From assembly GCA_003221895.1 (NCBI GenBank), contig QHUJ01000113.1:7372-71371 (forward strand): DNA of 64,000 nt, read 5' to 3'. This DNA comes from Gemmatimonadota bacterium (lineage in GTDB: Bacteria; Gemmatimonadota; Gemmatimonadetes; Gemmatimonadales; GWC2-71-9). Positions 18,800 to 27,529 of this stretch are shown one piece after another (the stretch's first letter is position 1; each line of letters begins with the position of its first letter). The notes under the pieces are model-generated. The model was not told the origin of the DNA. It saw only the letters and a list, made by a program, of their open reading frames with translations, and made no database searches. A program made the position numbers and the translations under genes.

Positions 18800-20168
18800 G
18801 CCCTACGGCACCGTCCTCGAGACGATCGGCTGGACTCCCCTGATCCGGATCAACAAGGTCACACACGGAGTCAGGACGCCGGTGTACGCGAAAGCGGAGT
18901 TCTTCAATCCCGGTGGGTCGGTGAAAGATCGCATCGGCCTCGCGATGATCGAGGCCGCAGAGCGAGAAGGGCGGCTCAAGCCGGGAGGCTTGATTGTCGA
19001 GGCAACGTCGGGCAATACCGGTGTGGGCCTCGCGATCGCCGCAGCGGTGAAGGGGTATCGCTGCATCTTCACGATGCCCGACAAGATGTCGCAGGAAAAA
19101 GCGCGGCTGCTGCGCGCGCTCGGCGCCGAGGTCATCATCACGCCGACGGCGGTGCCACCGGATCATCCCGACAATTACATCATGAAAGGCCGCGCGATTG
19201 CCGCGGCCCATGAGAACGCGATCTTCGCTGATCAACATTACAACCCGGTGAACCCTGATGTGCACTATCACACCACGGGACCGGAGATCTGGGAGCAGAC
19301 GAGCGGGAAGGTGACGCACTTCGTGTGCGCGCCGGGAACCGGCGGGACCGTCAGCGGCGCCGGCCGCTATCTCAAAGAAAAGAATCCCAAAATAAGGGTC
19401 GTGGCCGGCGATCCGGCGGGATCGATTTATGCCGAGTACGCCAAGACCCAAGTGAAGAGTGAAGGCGAGCCGTACAAGGTCGAAGGAATCGGTGGCGATA
19501 AGATCCCGACGTCGCTGCACTGGGACGTGATCGATGAGTGGGTGGTGGTGAGCGACAAGGACGCGATGCAGATGGCGCGCCGGCTTGCGAAAGAAGAAGG
19601 GCTGTTCGCCGGCGGATCGACCGGAGTGAATGTCGTCGCGGCGCTGGACGTCGCGCGCCGGCTGGACGATCCTAAGGCGCTCGTCGTGACGGTGCTCGCC
19701 GATACCGGCGAGCGCTACCTGTCGAAGGTCTACAACGAAGAGTGGCTACGCGAGAATCAGCTCATCGAGGACGAGCGCCCGACCGTCGGGCGACTCGTTG
19801 CAGCGAAGCGCAACGAGTCACCGCCGCTGATTCACGTCGCGCCTGAAGCCTCGGTGCGCCAGGCGCTCAACCTGATGACCACCTACAATGTGTCGCAGCT
19901 CCCCGTGATCGAGGGCGACGACGGGATCGGCGCCGTCTCCGAGCAGGCGCTGATGGCGCGCGCGATCGGCCAGCCCAAGATCCTGGACAGTCCCGTGCGT
20001 GACGTGATGGATTCCCCCTTCCCGGTGGTCGATAGTCACTCTCCGGTCGCGTCACTCACGACCCTGCTGTCGCGCACCACGCCCGCGGCATTGGTGCGGC
20101 GGGACGGCAAGGTCGTCGGGATCGTGACGCGCTACGATCTGCTGCACCAGCTGGCGGGAATTCGTTGA
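18783..20168 (+). CDS. Cystathionine beta-synthase (PLP cysteine-synthase fold plus tandem CBS domains)
   Basis: Contains FFNPGGSVKDRIGLAMI (PLP lysine), EATSGNTGVGLAIAAA and GTGGTVSG. The C-terminal ~120 aa have two CBS-domain-like units. Confidence 0.9.
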   Translation: MPQHTKPYGTVLETIGWTPLIRINKVTHGVRTPVYAKAEFFNPGGSVKDRIGLAMIEAAEREGRLKPGGLIVEATSGNTGVGLAIAAAVKGYRCIFTMPDKMSQEKARLLRALGAEVIITPTAVPPDHPDNYIMKGRAIAAAHENAIFADQHYNPVNPDVHYHTTGPEIWEQTSGKVTHFVCAPGTGGTVSGAGRYLKEKNPKIRVVAGDPAGSIYAEYAKTQVKSEGEPYKVEGIGGDKIPTSLHWDVIDEWVVVSDKDAMQMARRLAKEEGLFAGGSTGVNVVAALDVARRLDDPKALVVTVLADTGERYLSKVYNEEWLRENQLIEDERPTVGRLVAAKRNESPPLIHVAPEASVRQALNLMTTYNVSQLPVIEGDDGIGAVSEQALMARAIGQPKILDSPVRDVMDSPFPVVDSHSPVASLTTLLSRTTPAALVRRDGKVVGIVTRYDLLHQLAGIR

Positions 20169-21187
20169 TGCGTGTGACGGTGCTCACCGGCGGAGCAACC
20201 GCCGAGCGCGCAGTGGCTTTCGCGAGTGCATCGCAGATTGTAGCGGCGCTCCGCAGCCGCAAGCACGACGTGAAAGTCGTGGACACGGCCGGGGGGCAGC
20301 TGGACGAGCGAGGCGAGCGCGAGGTGCTCGGCGGCGCCGTCGGCCTGACGCCGCCTGCGGTGGACGCCCTCGCCGAGCGTGAGAGGGAGATGCTGTCGGA
20401 GGGGCTGGCGGCGCTGCCCTCGGTCCGTGAAGCCGATGTGCTCTTTCTCGCGGTGCACGGTGGGGCACTCGAAGGGGGCACGCTCCAGGCCGTATTGGAT
20501 GTGATCGGGGTACCGTATACCGGCAGTGGACCTCTTGCCAGCGCGCTGGCGATGGACAAGGACCTCGCCAAGCGGCTGTTCCGTGCGGCCGGCGTGCCTG
20601 TGCCGGCGTGGTTCATGGCTCCGGTGGCCCCGGATGATGTGACGACCGCCCTCGGCTGGCCGGTCATCGTGAAGCCGTCCAAGCAGGGCTCGTCAGTCGG
20701 ATTGACGCTGGTGAAGAAAGCTCAAGACTTGGACAATGCGGTAAAGCTTGCAGGACACTACGACGATGAGGTAATGGCGGAACAATTCATCCCGGGGCGA
20801 GAGTTGACCGTAGGGGTGTTGGGCGACGTCCCGCTGCCGGTAGGGGAGATCGTTCCGAAGCACGAGTTGTTCGATTACGAGACGAAATACACGCCGGGGA
20901 TGTCGGACGAGACCTTCCCGGCGAAGATCGACACCCTGCTAGCCCGACAATTGCAGGAATATGCGTTGATGGCGCACCGCGCCTTGAAGCTCAGCGGTTA
21001 CTCGCGGGTCGACTTTCGAGTCACTCCCGAAGGGGATGTCTTCTGTTTGGAGGCGAATTCGCTGCCGGGCATGACCCGCACGAGCCTCCTTCCCCAGGCT
21101 GCGCAGGCGGCGGGTATCCCCTTCGCGGATTTGTGTGAGCGTATTGCACGCTTGGCCCGGAACAACCAGGCGGCAAGAGGGGGATAA
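20168..21187 (+). CDS. ddl: D-alanine--D-alanine ligase
   Basis: Contains RVTVLTGGATAEREVA-like N-terminus, FLAVHGGALEGGTLQAVLDVIGVPYTGSG, PVIVKPSKQGSSVGL and LEANSLPGMTRTSLLPQAA. TGATG overlap with the upstream stop. Confidence 0.93.
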   Translation: MRVTVLTGGATAERAVAFASASQIVAALRSRKHDVKVVDTAGGQLDERGEREVLGGAVGLTPPAVDALAEREREMLSEGLAALPSVREADVLFLAVHGGALEGGTLQAVLDVIGVPYTGSGPLASALAMDKDLAKRLFRAAGVPVPAWFMAPVAPDDVTTALGWPVIVKPSKQGSSVGLTLVKKAQDLDNAVKLAGHYDDEVMAEQFIPGRELTVGVLGDVPLPVGEIVPKHELFDYETKYTPGMSDETFPAKIDTLLARQLQEYALMAHRALKLSGYSRVDFRVTPEGDVFCLEANSLPGMTRTSLLPQAAQAAGIPFADLCERIARLARNNQAARGG

Positions 21188-21212
21188 AAAACTAGTACCA
21201 ATCGAGGCACGG

Positions 21213-22079
21213 ATGGGCCCGCAGCGGATGTACGGATTGACGTTATGGGTGCGACGGTTGCTCGTCGCCAACCTGCTCGTCTTCCTGGTTCAAAGCACGT
21301 TATTGACCTCCCCGAGCTTCCGGGTGGCGCTGGGGTTCAACCCCATGCGCGCCTGGGAGCAGCCGTGGTCGTTCCTCACGTACATGTTCCTGCACGAGAA
21401 CGTGCTGCACCTGGCGTTCAACATGCTGATGTTGTTCATGTTCGGTCCTTCAGTCGAGGACCGGATGGGGGGCCGGGTTTTCTTCCTCTATTACCTGCTG
21501 TGTGGCCTCGGCGGGGCCGTCCTGTCGTTCCTGCTCATGCAGTGGCAGCCGGTCGGTGTCGTCATCGGCGCATCCGGGGCGATCCTGGGCGTCGTGGTTG
21601 CCTTCGCCTGGTATTGGCCGAATCATCAGGTCTTCGTCTTTCCGCTCCCGGACCCGATCCCGGCCAAGTGGCTGGTCACCTTCCTCGTCGCGTTCGACTT
21701 GGCGCTTGCCTGGGCAGGGGCGCTGTCGCACGGCGGGGTCGACGACAAACTGGCGCACCTCGCTCATCTGGGCGGTGTGGCGATGGCACTCCTCTTTCTG
21801 AAAGCGCAGGATTGGCGGGCCGCCCGCCGGGACGGCCGCCAGGGCCGCATGGCCGAGTCGAGCGTGCTCGTCAGCCAGCCGCCGCGGGTCAGCCGGAGCG
21901 GCGCCATGTCTTCTGGAAAGCGCGGCAAGTCTCACAGCGAGCCCGATGCGCGCGCGACCGCCGAGATCGACCGCGTGCTGGACAAAATCAACGCCAGCGG
22001 CGTCGACAGCCTGACGCCGGCGGAGCGGAAGTTCCTCACCGAAATCAGCCGCAGGATGCGTACGCCGCCGAAGTCCTGA
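21213..22079 (+). CDS. Rhomboid-family intramembrane serine protease
   Basis: From the ATG at 21213. Multi-TM protein with MFLHENVLHLAFNMLMLFMFG, the catalytic GASGAILGV motif and AHLAHLGG (catalytic His). Charged C-terminal tail. Confidence 0.85.
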   Translation: MGPQRMYGLTLWVRRLLVANLLVFLVQSTLLTSPSFRVALGFNPMRAWEQPWSFLTYMFLHENVLHLAFNMLMLFMFGPSVEDRMGGRVFFLYYLLCGLGGAVLSFLLMQWQPVGVVIGASGAILGVVVAFAWYWPNHQVFVFPLPDPIPAKWLVTFLVAFDLALAWAGALSHGGVDDKLAHLAHLGGVAMALLFLKAQDWRAARRDGRQGRMAESSVLVSQPPRVSRSGAMSSGKRGKSHSEPDARATAEIDRVLDKINASGVDSLTPAERKFLTEISRRMRTPPKS

Positions 22080-22083
22080 TCAA

Positions 22084-24078
22084 ATGACCGCGCTGCTCCT
22101 GGCCGTCTTGCTCGCACAAGGCCTCAACCAGGACAGCCTCAGTGTACGCGCCGAGTCGTCGCTCGCCGCCGGCGATGTAGAAACCGCGTTGAAGCTCGCC
22201 AAGAAACTCGTCGAACGCCGCCCGAGCGATCCCCAGGCTCATTTCCTCCTCGGACGCGTGCATTACAACCGCCGGATCATCGGGCGCTGGCCCGCGCTGG
22301 AAGAATTCAAGAAGGCCGCTCGTCTCGCTCCGAACGATCCAGCGCCGTTGTACTGGCAGACCAAAGTCGGATTCTACCTGCGCAGTGACGACGGCGACCG
22401 TATCGCTCGCGACGCACTGCTCCAGCTATTCGCGGTGGCACCGGACTATCCCGATGCCTGGTCGCGCTTTCACGATGTCTATCAGGATGCCTCGATCTGG
22501 CGGCAGGCCGAGCGCGCTCTCGCTCGCCACGGTGATGATCCCACGGCCCTCGAGCACCGGGCGGAGCTATGGATCGCGCTGGCCGACGGGAGGCGCGCGG
22601 ATTCGCTGCTCGCGATCGCGGTCGCTCGCCGCGCACCAACCGTGAAGACGTACCTGCTGCGCTCGGAGGCCAGCTTTCTGGCCGCGAATGCACGCGCGGG
22701 CTATGCGTGGCACGACTCGGCAGTCGCACACGCGGACGAGGACGCCAGCGAAGCGCTATGGGATGAAGCGTGGAGCATCGCGTCGCCTGCTGAAGCCGCT
22801 CGTTATGCCGCAGCGGGTCCGGGCGAGCTCCATGGATTTTTCGAGCGGTTCTGGAACGGGCGCGATCCGAATCTGCTGACGCCCGAAAACGAGCGACTCG
22901 CCGAGCACTACGCGCGGCGCTCGGAAGCACGCCGGATGTACCGGTTGCTGCAACCGCAACGATCGATCTACCACTCCCCAGGGGCGCGCGCATTGGATGC
23001 GTACGAGAAGCGTCTGGTGCTCAAGAAGATCGCAGCTGAAGCACCCGGTGCCACTGGGGCATCGTCCGATCCCTTTGCCGCTAAGGCCCGGGCAGCTGCG
23101 CTGGCTTGGCATGCGACGATCTTCGACGATACCGCCAGCGCGGTTGCGTTTCGTGCCGGCCTGACCGCGGAGGGTCTTGTCTTTCTGCGACACGGCCGCC
23201 CCGATCGGCAGGCTTCGTGCATCACCGACCTGCTCCGCCCTTACGCGCTTGACTGCAACAGTTTTCTCACGCAAGAGACCTGGCTGTACTTCACGCCTCA
23301 GGGACCCATGAGCGTCGGCTTCTGGTGGAACGAGTACTTCATGCCGACTTCGGAGGAGCAACTCCAGAGCACACGCATCGCCCTTCATACCGACCGCACG
23401 TCGCTTCCCGCGCCGCTGGTCGCGCACGCATGGTCGGCGTTGTTTCGCAGCGCCGAGCTCGGACTCACCGACGTCTACTACCGCACCAACGGCGATTCGG
23501 CTGCGGCGGTGCTGTGGGACACGGCAGGCCAGATTCAGCCGATCCGCGCGAGCGGGCCGGGGCTGTTGCTCCTCTCCGTACCCCCGGGCCTCTACCGTCT
23601 TGGAGTGGACGTTGACTCGGCTGGGAAACTCGGTCGGTGGCGGAGCGAGGTGCGCATCCCCCACTTCTCGCAGGTGGAGCTCGGACTTTCGAGCCTCGTG
23701 CTGGCGCCGAGCGCGGTGTTGCTCGATCGCGAGGCGGCCTTACGCGGGATGCCGGTCGATCTCGAATATCCGGCCGCTGCACCTCTGGCCTCGTATGTGG
23801 AGATCTACGGCCTCACGGCCGACCGCGACGGCCGGTCGCATTACCACGTCCGATACGCGTTCGCGCCAGTGCAGTCGCTCGTCGGAAAACTGTTGTCGAA
23901 CGCGCGCTCCGTCGTATTTGAGTTCGATCGCGAGACCGAGAGCAGCATGTCACACGAGAAGCTCGTCATCGAGCCCGACCGGGTTCCCGCCGGACGCTAT
24001 CGCGTGACCGTGGTGGTGACCGACCTCGTGCGAAATGTCAAGTCGGAGTCGGCGACGCTCGACATCGTCATCCGCTGA
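22084..24078 (+). CDS. Secreted TPR plus degenerate GWxTD-like domain protein
   Basis: Signal peptide MTALLLAVLLAQG and N-terminal TPR-like helices. FFERFWNGRDPNLLTPENERLAEHYARRSEARRMY matches the front half of the GWxTD domain seen in 53942..55324. GLVFLRHGRPDR and ETWLYF match the back half, but the GW is not conserved. Confidence 0.6.
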   Translation: MTALLLAVLLAQGLNQDSLSVRAESSLAAGDVETALKLAKKLVERRPSDPQAHFLLGRVHYNRRIIGRWPALEEFKKAARLAPNDPAPLYWQTKVGFYLRSDDGDRIARDALLQLFAVAPDYPDAWSRFHDVYQDASIWRQAERALARHGDDPTALEHRAELWIALADGRRADSLLAIAVARRAPTVKTYLLRSEASFLAANARAGYAWHDSAVAHADEDASEALWDEAWSIASPAEAARYAAAGPGELHGFFERFWNGRDPNLLTPENERLAEHYARRSEARRMYRLLQPQRSIYHSPGARALDAYEKRLVLKKIAAEAPGATGASSDPFAAKARAAALAWHATIFDDTASAVAFRAGLTAEGLVFLRHGRPDRQASCITDLLRPYALDCNSFLTQETWLYFTPQGPMSVGFWWNEYFMPTSEEQLQSTRIALHTDRTSLPAPLVAHAWSALFRSAELGLTDVYYRTNGDSAAAVLWDTAGQIQPIRASGPGLLLLSVPPGLYRLGVDVDSAGKLGRWRSEVRIPHFSQVELGLSSLVLAPSAVLLDREAALRGMPVDLEYPAAAPLASYVEIYGLTADRDGRSHYHVRYAFAPVQSLVGKLLSNARSVVFEFDRETESSMSHEKLVIEPDRVPAGRYRVTVVVTDLVRNVKSESATLDIVIR

Positions 24079-24090
24079 CAGCCGCTTGTC

Positions 24091-25074
24091 ATGAACGGTC
24101 GCCGTTCCCAAATTGGGGCCGGCTACCGGATGCTCGTTAATCTCGTTCCGGAATTTCTCGCGACACTCTCCGCGGCTGATCCATCCGCGGCATACCACGA
24201 GTACCTCGATCGTCATCGTCCCGTTCTCGCCGCGTACTGGCAGAACTACGTCATCGATCCCGAATCAGCCCACGCCGAGTCGATCATTGCCACCGCGCTG
24301 CGCGCCGACCGCTCCGATCTCAAGCGCCTGCTCGAGGATGTGGATGTCGTCGCCATCGCCGAAGAGGCACTGCGCCGCTCGACCGAGCTGCTCGAGGCCG
24401 ACTGCCCGGTTGACCTGTACCTCATGGTCGGCGTGGGCGCAGCGAACGCCGGGGAGCTGGTCGTCGGAGGGCGCGGCATCGCGTTCGTCTGCCTGGAGCA
24501 TTTCACCGGAAGGGCCAACGCGCAGACATACGGCATGGGCCTCGCGCCGCACCTGTTGCCCCTGTGGATCGCGCACGAGGTCGCGCATGCGCTGCGGTAC
24601 ACCTCGCCGTCCAGTCGCGCGGCGCTGCGACGCCTTGTGGTGGACCTGGACGGTTATTACGACGCCTGGGAGCTGGGGTCGAGGGCCACGCTGCGCGAGC
24701 TCGTCGTGAACGAAGGGTCGGCCATCGCTGCCTCGCAGGCGATCGCGCCCGGATTCGAGCCCTGGGAGTACTTCGGCTACACCCGTCGCCAGTATCGCCG
24801 GCTGCGCGAGCTGGACGCCTTCCTGCGGCGCGCGTCCGCCAACGACCTGGACGCCGCCGGCCTCGGCTTGCGCCTGCGCTATCTGTCCGGCGGGATGGCC
24901 CCGGCCGCGCGGTTGCTGGCCGGAAAGGTGCTCCCTGAGCGATCCGGCTATTACCTCGGCCAGCGGCTGGTCGAGAACTACTTCGCCGAGCACGGTGCCG
25001 CCTCGACGGTACGAGCGGCAGTGGAGGAACTGCGGCAAGCGGACGAGCGCGCCTCAGGCATCCAGACGGCGTGA
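24091..25074 (+). CDS. Predicted Zn-dependent protease (DUF2268-like), HExxH motif
   Basis: 327 aa. WIAHEVAHALRY is a HExxH motif in the expected mid-protein position. Composition is protein-like, unlike the antisense ORF 24265..25038. Confidence 0.55.
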   Translation: MNGRRSQIGAGYRMLVNLVPEFLATLSAADPSAAYHEYLDRHRPVLAAYWQNYVIDPESAHAESIIATALRADRSDLKRLLEDVDVVAIAEEALRRSTELLEADCPVDLYLMVGVGAANAGELVVGGRGIAFVCLEHFTGRANAQTYGMGLAPHLLPLWIAHEVAHALRYTSPSSRAALRRLVVDLDGYYDAWELGSRATLRELVVNEGSAIAASQAIAPGFEPWEYFGYTRRQYRRLRELDAFLRRASANDLDAAGLGLRLRYLSGGMAPAARLLAGKVLPERSGYYLGQRLVENYFAEHGAASTVRAAVEELRQADERASGIQTA

Positions 25075-25286
25075 GCGCGCAGGGACGCGCCGGGGGGGGA
25101 CCTGAGCGCCGGCGCAACCGGCCGCTCCGGGAGACGTTGGACGAGCTGCTGGCGCACACCCGCGACATTGCCCGCCGCGCCAAGACCATGACACACGCCG
25201 AGGTGGATTACGCCCAGCAGCGGCTCGAGTGGCTGGCGGACGAGGTGTGGCGGTTGGCGACCGGCGAGGCTACTCCCCCCGAGTAG
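25071..25286 (+). CDS. Small hypothetical protein (71 aa, charged/helical)
   Basis: GTGA overlap with the upstream stop suggests translational coupling. No recognisable family. Confidence 0.3.
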   Translation: MSAQGRAGGGPERRRNRPLRETLDELLAHTRDIARRAKTMTHAEVDYAQQRLEWLADEVWRLATGEATPPE

Positions 25287-25298
25287 ATTACGCGGGGT

Positions 25299-25793
25299 AT
25301 GGGAACCCGCGGCGAATTCACCGTATCCATCACGAAAGAAGATCTGGTCTTCGCGGCCGCGCACTTCATCACGTTCGCGGGACACCGCTGCGAAAAACTC
25401 CACGGGCACAACTATCGGGCCAGCCTGCTCGTGGAAGGTGGCCTCGAGCAGGACAGCTGGTTCGTCGTGGACTTCTCCGCCGTGAAAAAGGTCATGCGCG
25501 CGCTGACGGCGGAGCTCGATCATCGCGTGCTCCTGCCGCGCGACAATCCCAAGCTCGCGATCGCGGAGGAAAACGGCAGCATGCACGTGGCGTTCGACGG
25601 CCAGCCGCGTTATGTCTTTCCGGCCGGCGATTGCGTGATTCTTCCCATCCCCAACACGACCGTCGAGATGCTGGCGCAGTATCTCGCCGGCCGCGTGCGC
25701 AACGAGCTGCGCGCCACGCATCTCAAGACGCTCGAAGTCGAGGTAGAGGAAAACTTCGGGCAGTCGGCGAGCTACCGCGAGACACTGGACTGA
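25299..25793 (+). CDS. 6-pyruvoyl-tetrahydropterin / 6-carboxy-tetrahydropterin synthase family protein (PTPS/QueD fold)
   Basis: FAAAHFITFAGHRCEKLHGHNYR contains the Cx3HGH catalytic/zinc motif. At 164 aa it is longer than a typical QueD. Confidence 0.85.
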   Translation: MGTRGEFTVSITKEDLVFAAAHFITFAGHRCEKLHGHNYRASLLVEGGLEQDSWFVVDFSAVKKVMRALTAELDHRVLLPRDNPKLAIAEENGSMHVAFDGQPRYVFPAGDCVILPIPNTTVEMLAQYLAGRVRNELRATHLKTLEVEVEENFGQSASYRETLD

Positions 25794-25796
25794 CTC

Positions 25797-26147
25797 ATGG
25801 CCAATCCCAAACCCCTAACTGCTTCCGAACTTGCCGAGCGCCTGAAAGCGCTCCCCGGGTGGCGCGTCGACGGTGGAGCGATCGTGCGCGATTACACGAC
25901 CGACGGCTGGCCGACCACGCTGATGCTTGTCAACGCGATCGGATTTGTTGCCGAGGCGGCGGACCACCACCCCGACCTCGCCGTGAGCTGGGGCAAGGTC
26001 CAGGTGAAGCTCTGGACGCACAGCGCCGGCGGCGTCACGGCGAGCGACGTCGAGCTCGCCAAAGTGATCGAGCAGACCGCCTTGTGGCGGCCGGCGGCGG
26101 GTAACAGCGACCTGCGAGGGACGACCAAGAAGTTCGTGAGCTCGTGA
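25797..26147 (+). CDS. Pterin-4-alpha-carbinolamine dehydratase
   Basis: Contains LPGWRVDGGAIVRDYTTDGWPTTLMLVNAIGFVAEAADHHPDLAVSWGKVQVKLWTHSAGGVT; DHHPD...W is the PCD signature. Confidence 0.9.
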   Translation: MANPKPLTASELAERLKALPGWRVDGGAIVRDYTTDGWPTTLMLVNAIGFVAEAADHHPDLAVSWGKVQVKLWTHSAGGVTASDVELAKVIEQTALWRPAAGNSDLRGTTKKFVSS

Positions 26148-27529
26148 CGCTCGTCGTCCCACTCCACCCCACGCCGGATCCGCTTGGGACCTGCGTCCGC
26201 TTCAGCGGCACTCCCTACCTTCTGTTTCTCGACAGCTCCGCGCAGGGCTCGCTCAGCCGGTACTCGTTCCTCGCCGCCGACCCCGTTGCCGTTGCGCGCA
26301 CGCCGGATGCAGCGCGCAATCTGCTGCGTCCTCATCAATTGCCAGCGGCCCATGGCGTGCCGCCGTTCCAGGGCGGGGTCGCGGGCTATCTGAGCTATGA
26401 CTGGGGCGCCGACGTGGAGCATGTCGTACGCCCGCCGGCCGATCGCTTCACCCCGCAGCTGCCGGACGCGGTGTTCGCGTTGTACGACTGGGTGATCGCG
26501 TGGGACCACCTCGCAAAGAAGTCGTGGATTATCTCGACAGGGATCGGCGAGGGCGGCCAGGCACGGAGCGACGAGCGCGCCGCGTCGCGCGCCCGCTGGG
26601 TGCGTGAGCGGCTCACGGCGCCGCCGCCCGCGATCCGCGATCACCCCGCGCCGGCTCCCGCGACGCCGCGATCCAATTTCGAGCGCACGGAGTTCGAGGC
26701 GGCGGTAGCGCGCGTTCGCGACTACATCGCCGCGGGCGATGTCTATCAGGTCAATCTGGCGCAGCGGTTTCACGCTCGCTTCGCGGGCTCACCGCTGGCG
26801 CTGTATCGCCGCCTGCGGGCGCGCAATCCGGCGCCATTCGGGGCATTCCTCGAGTTCGCGGGCGCAACGATCGCGAGCATCTCGCCGGAACGATTCCTCC
26901 GACTCGACGCGGGGACGCGGCAAGCCGAAGCGCGCCCGATCAAGGGGACGCGGCCGCGAGGCATCACCCCCGACACGGATGTCGCGCTGGCGCGCGAGCT
27001 CGCCCTGAGCGAGAAGGACCGGGCCGAGAACGTGATGATCGTGGATCTGCTGCGCAACGACCTCGGCAAAGTCTGTCGGACAGGATCAGTCGAGGTGCCG
27101 ACGTTGTTCGCGCTGGAGTCGCACCCGACGGTGCACCATCTCGTCTCGACAGTGACGGGGGTGTTGCGCGACGGCGCCGATGGGTTCGACCTGTTGCGAG
27201 CCGCGTTCCCCGGCGGCTCGATCACGGGCGCGCCGAAGCTGCGAGCGATGGAGATTATCGCCGAGCTGGAGCGCGCCCCGCGTGGCGTGTACTGTGGCGC
27301 CATCGGGTACGTGTCGACGACCGGGGCGATGGACTTCAACATCCCGATTCGGACGATCGTGCTGCATGATGAGAATGCGACGTTCCACGCGGGCGCCGGC
27401 ATCGTGTGGGATTCCGAGCCGGCTGCCGAGTATCAGGAGACGCTGGTCAAGGCGCAGACGATGATCGAGGCGCTCACTTCCCCACGCAGAATGCGGCGAA
27501 CACACGGTCGAGCACATCCTGTGGTGTAA
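26144..27529 (+). CDS. pabB: Aminodeoxychorismate synthase component I (chorismate-binding enzyme)
   Basis: Contains GDVYQVNLAQRF, SISPERFL, PIKGTRPRG, ENVMIVDLLRNDLGKV, FPGGSITGAPKLRAMEII and RGVYCGAIGY. PabB versus TrpE cannot be strictly separated by eye. Context with pterin genes favours PabB. Confidence 0.8.
   Translation: MTLVVPLHPTPDPLGTCVRFSGTPYLLFLDSSAQGSLSRYSFLAADPVAVARTPDAARNLLRPHQLPAAHGVPPFQGGVAGYLSYDWGADVEHVVRPPADRFTPQLPDAVFALYDWVIAWDHLAKKSWIISTGIGEGGQARSDERAASRARWVRERLTAPPPAIRDHPAPAPATPRSNFERTEFEAAVARVRDYIAAGDVYQVNLAQRFHARFAGSPLALYRRLRARNPAPFGAFLEFAGATIASISPERFLRLDAGTRQAEARPIKGTRPRGITPDTDVALARELALSEKDRAENVMIVDLLRNDLGKVCRTGSVEVPTLFALESHPTVHHLVSTVTGVLRDGADGFDLLRAAFPGGSITGAPKLRAMEIIAELERAPRGVYCGAIGYVSTTGAMDFNIPIRTIVLHDENATFHAGAGIVWDSEPAAEYQETLVKAQTMIEALTSPRRMRRTHGRAHPVV

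Noticed and set aside
24265-25721. 257-aa and 247-aa minus-strand ORFs opposite the DUF2268-like, small and PTPS genes
   Set aside because: The plus-strand products carry HExxH and Cx3HGH motifs. The minus-strand translations are low-complexity shadows.
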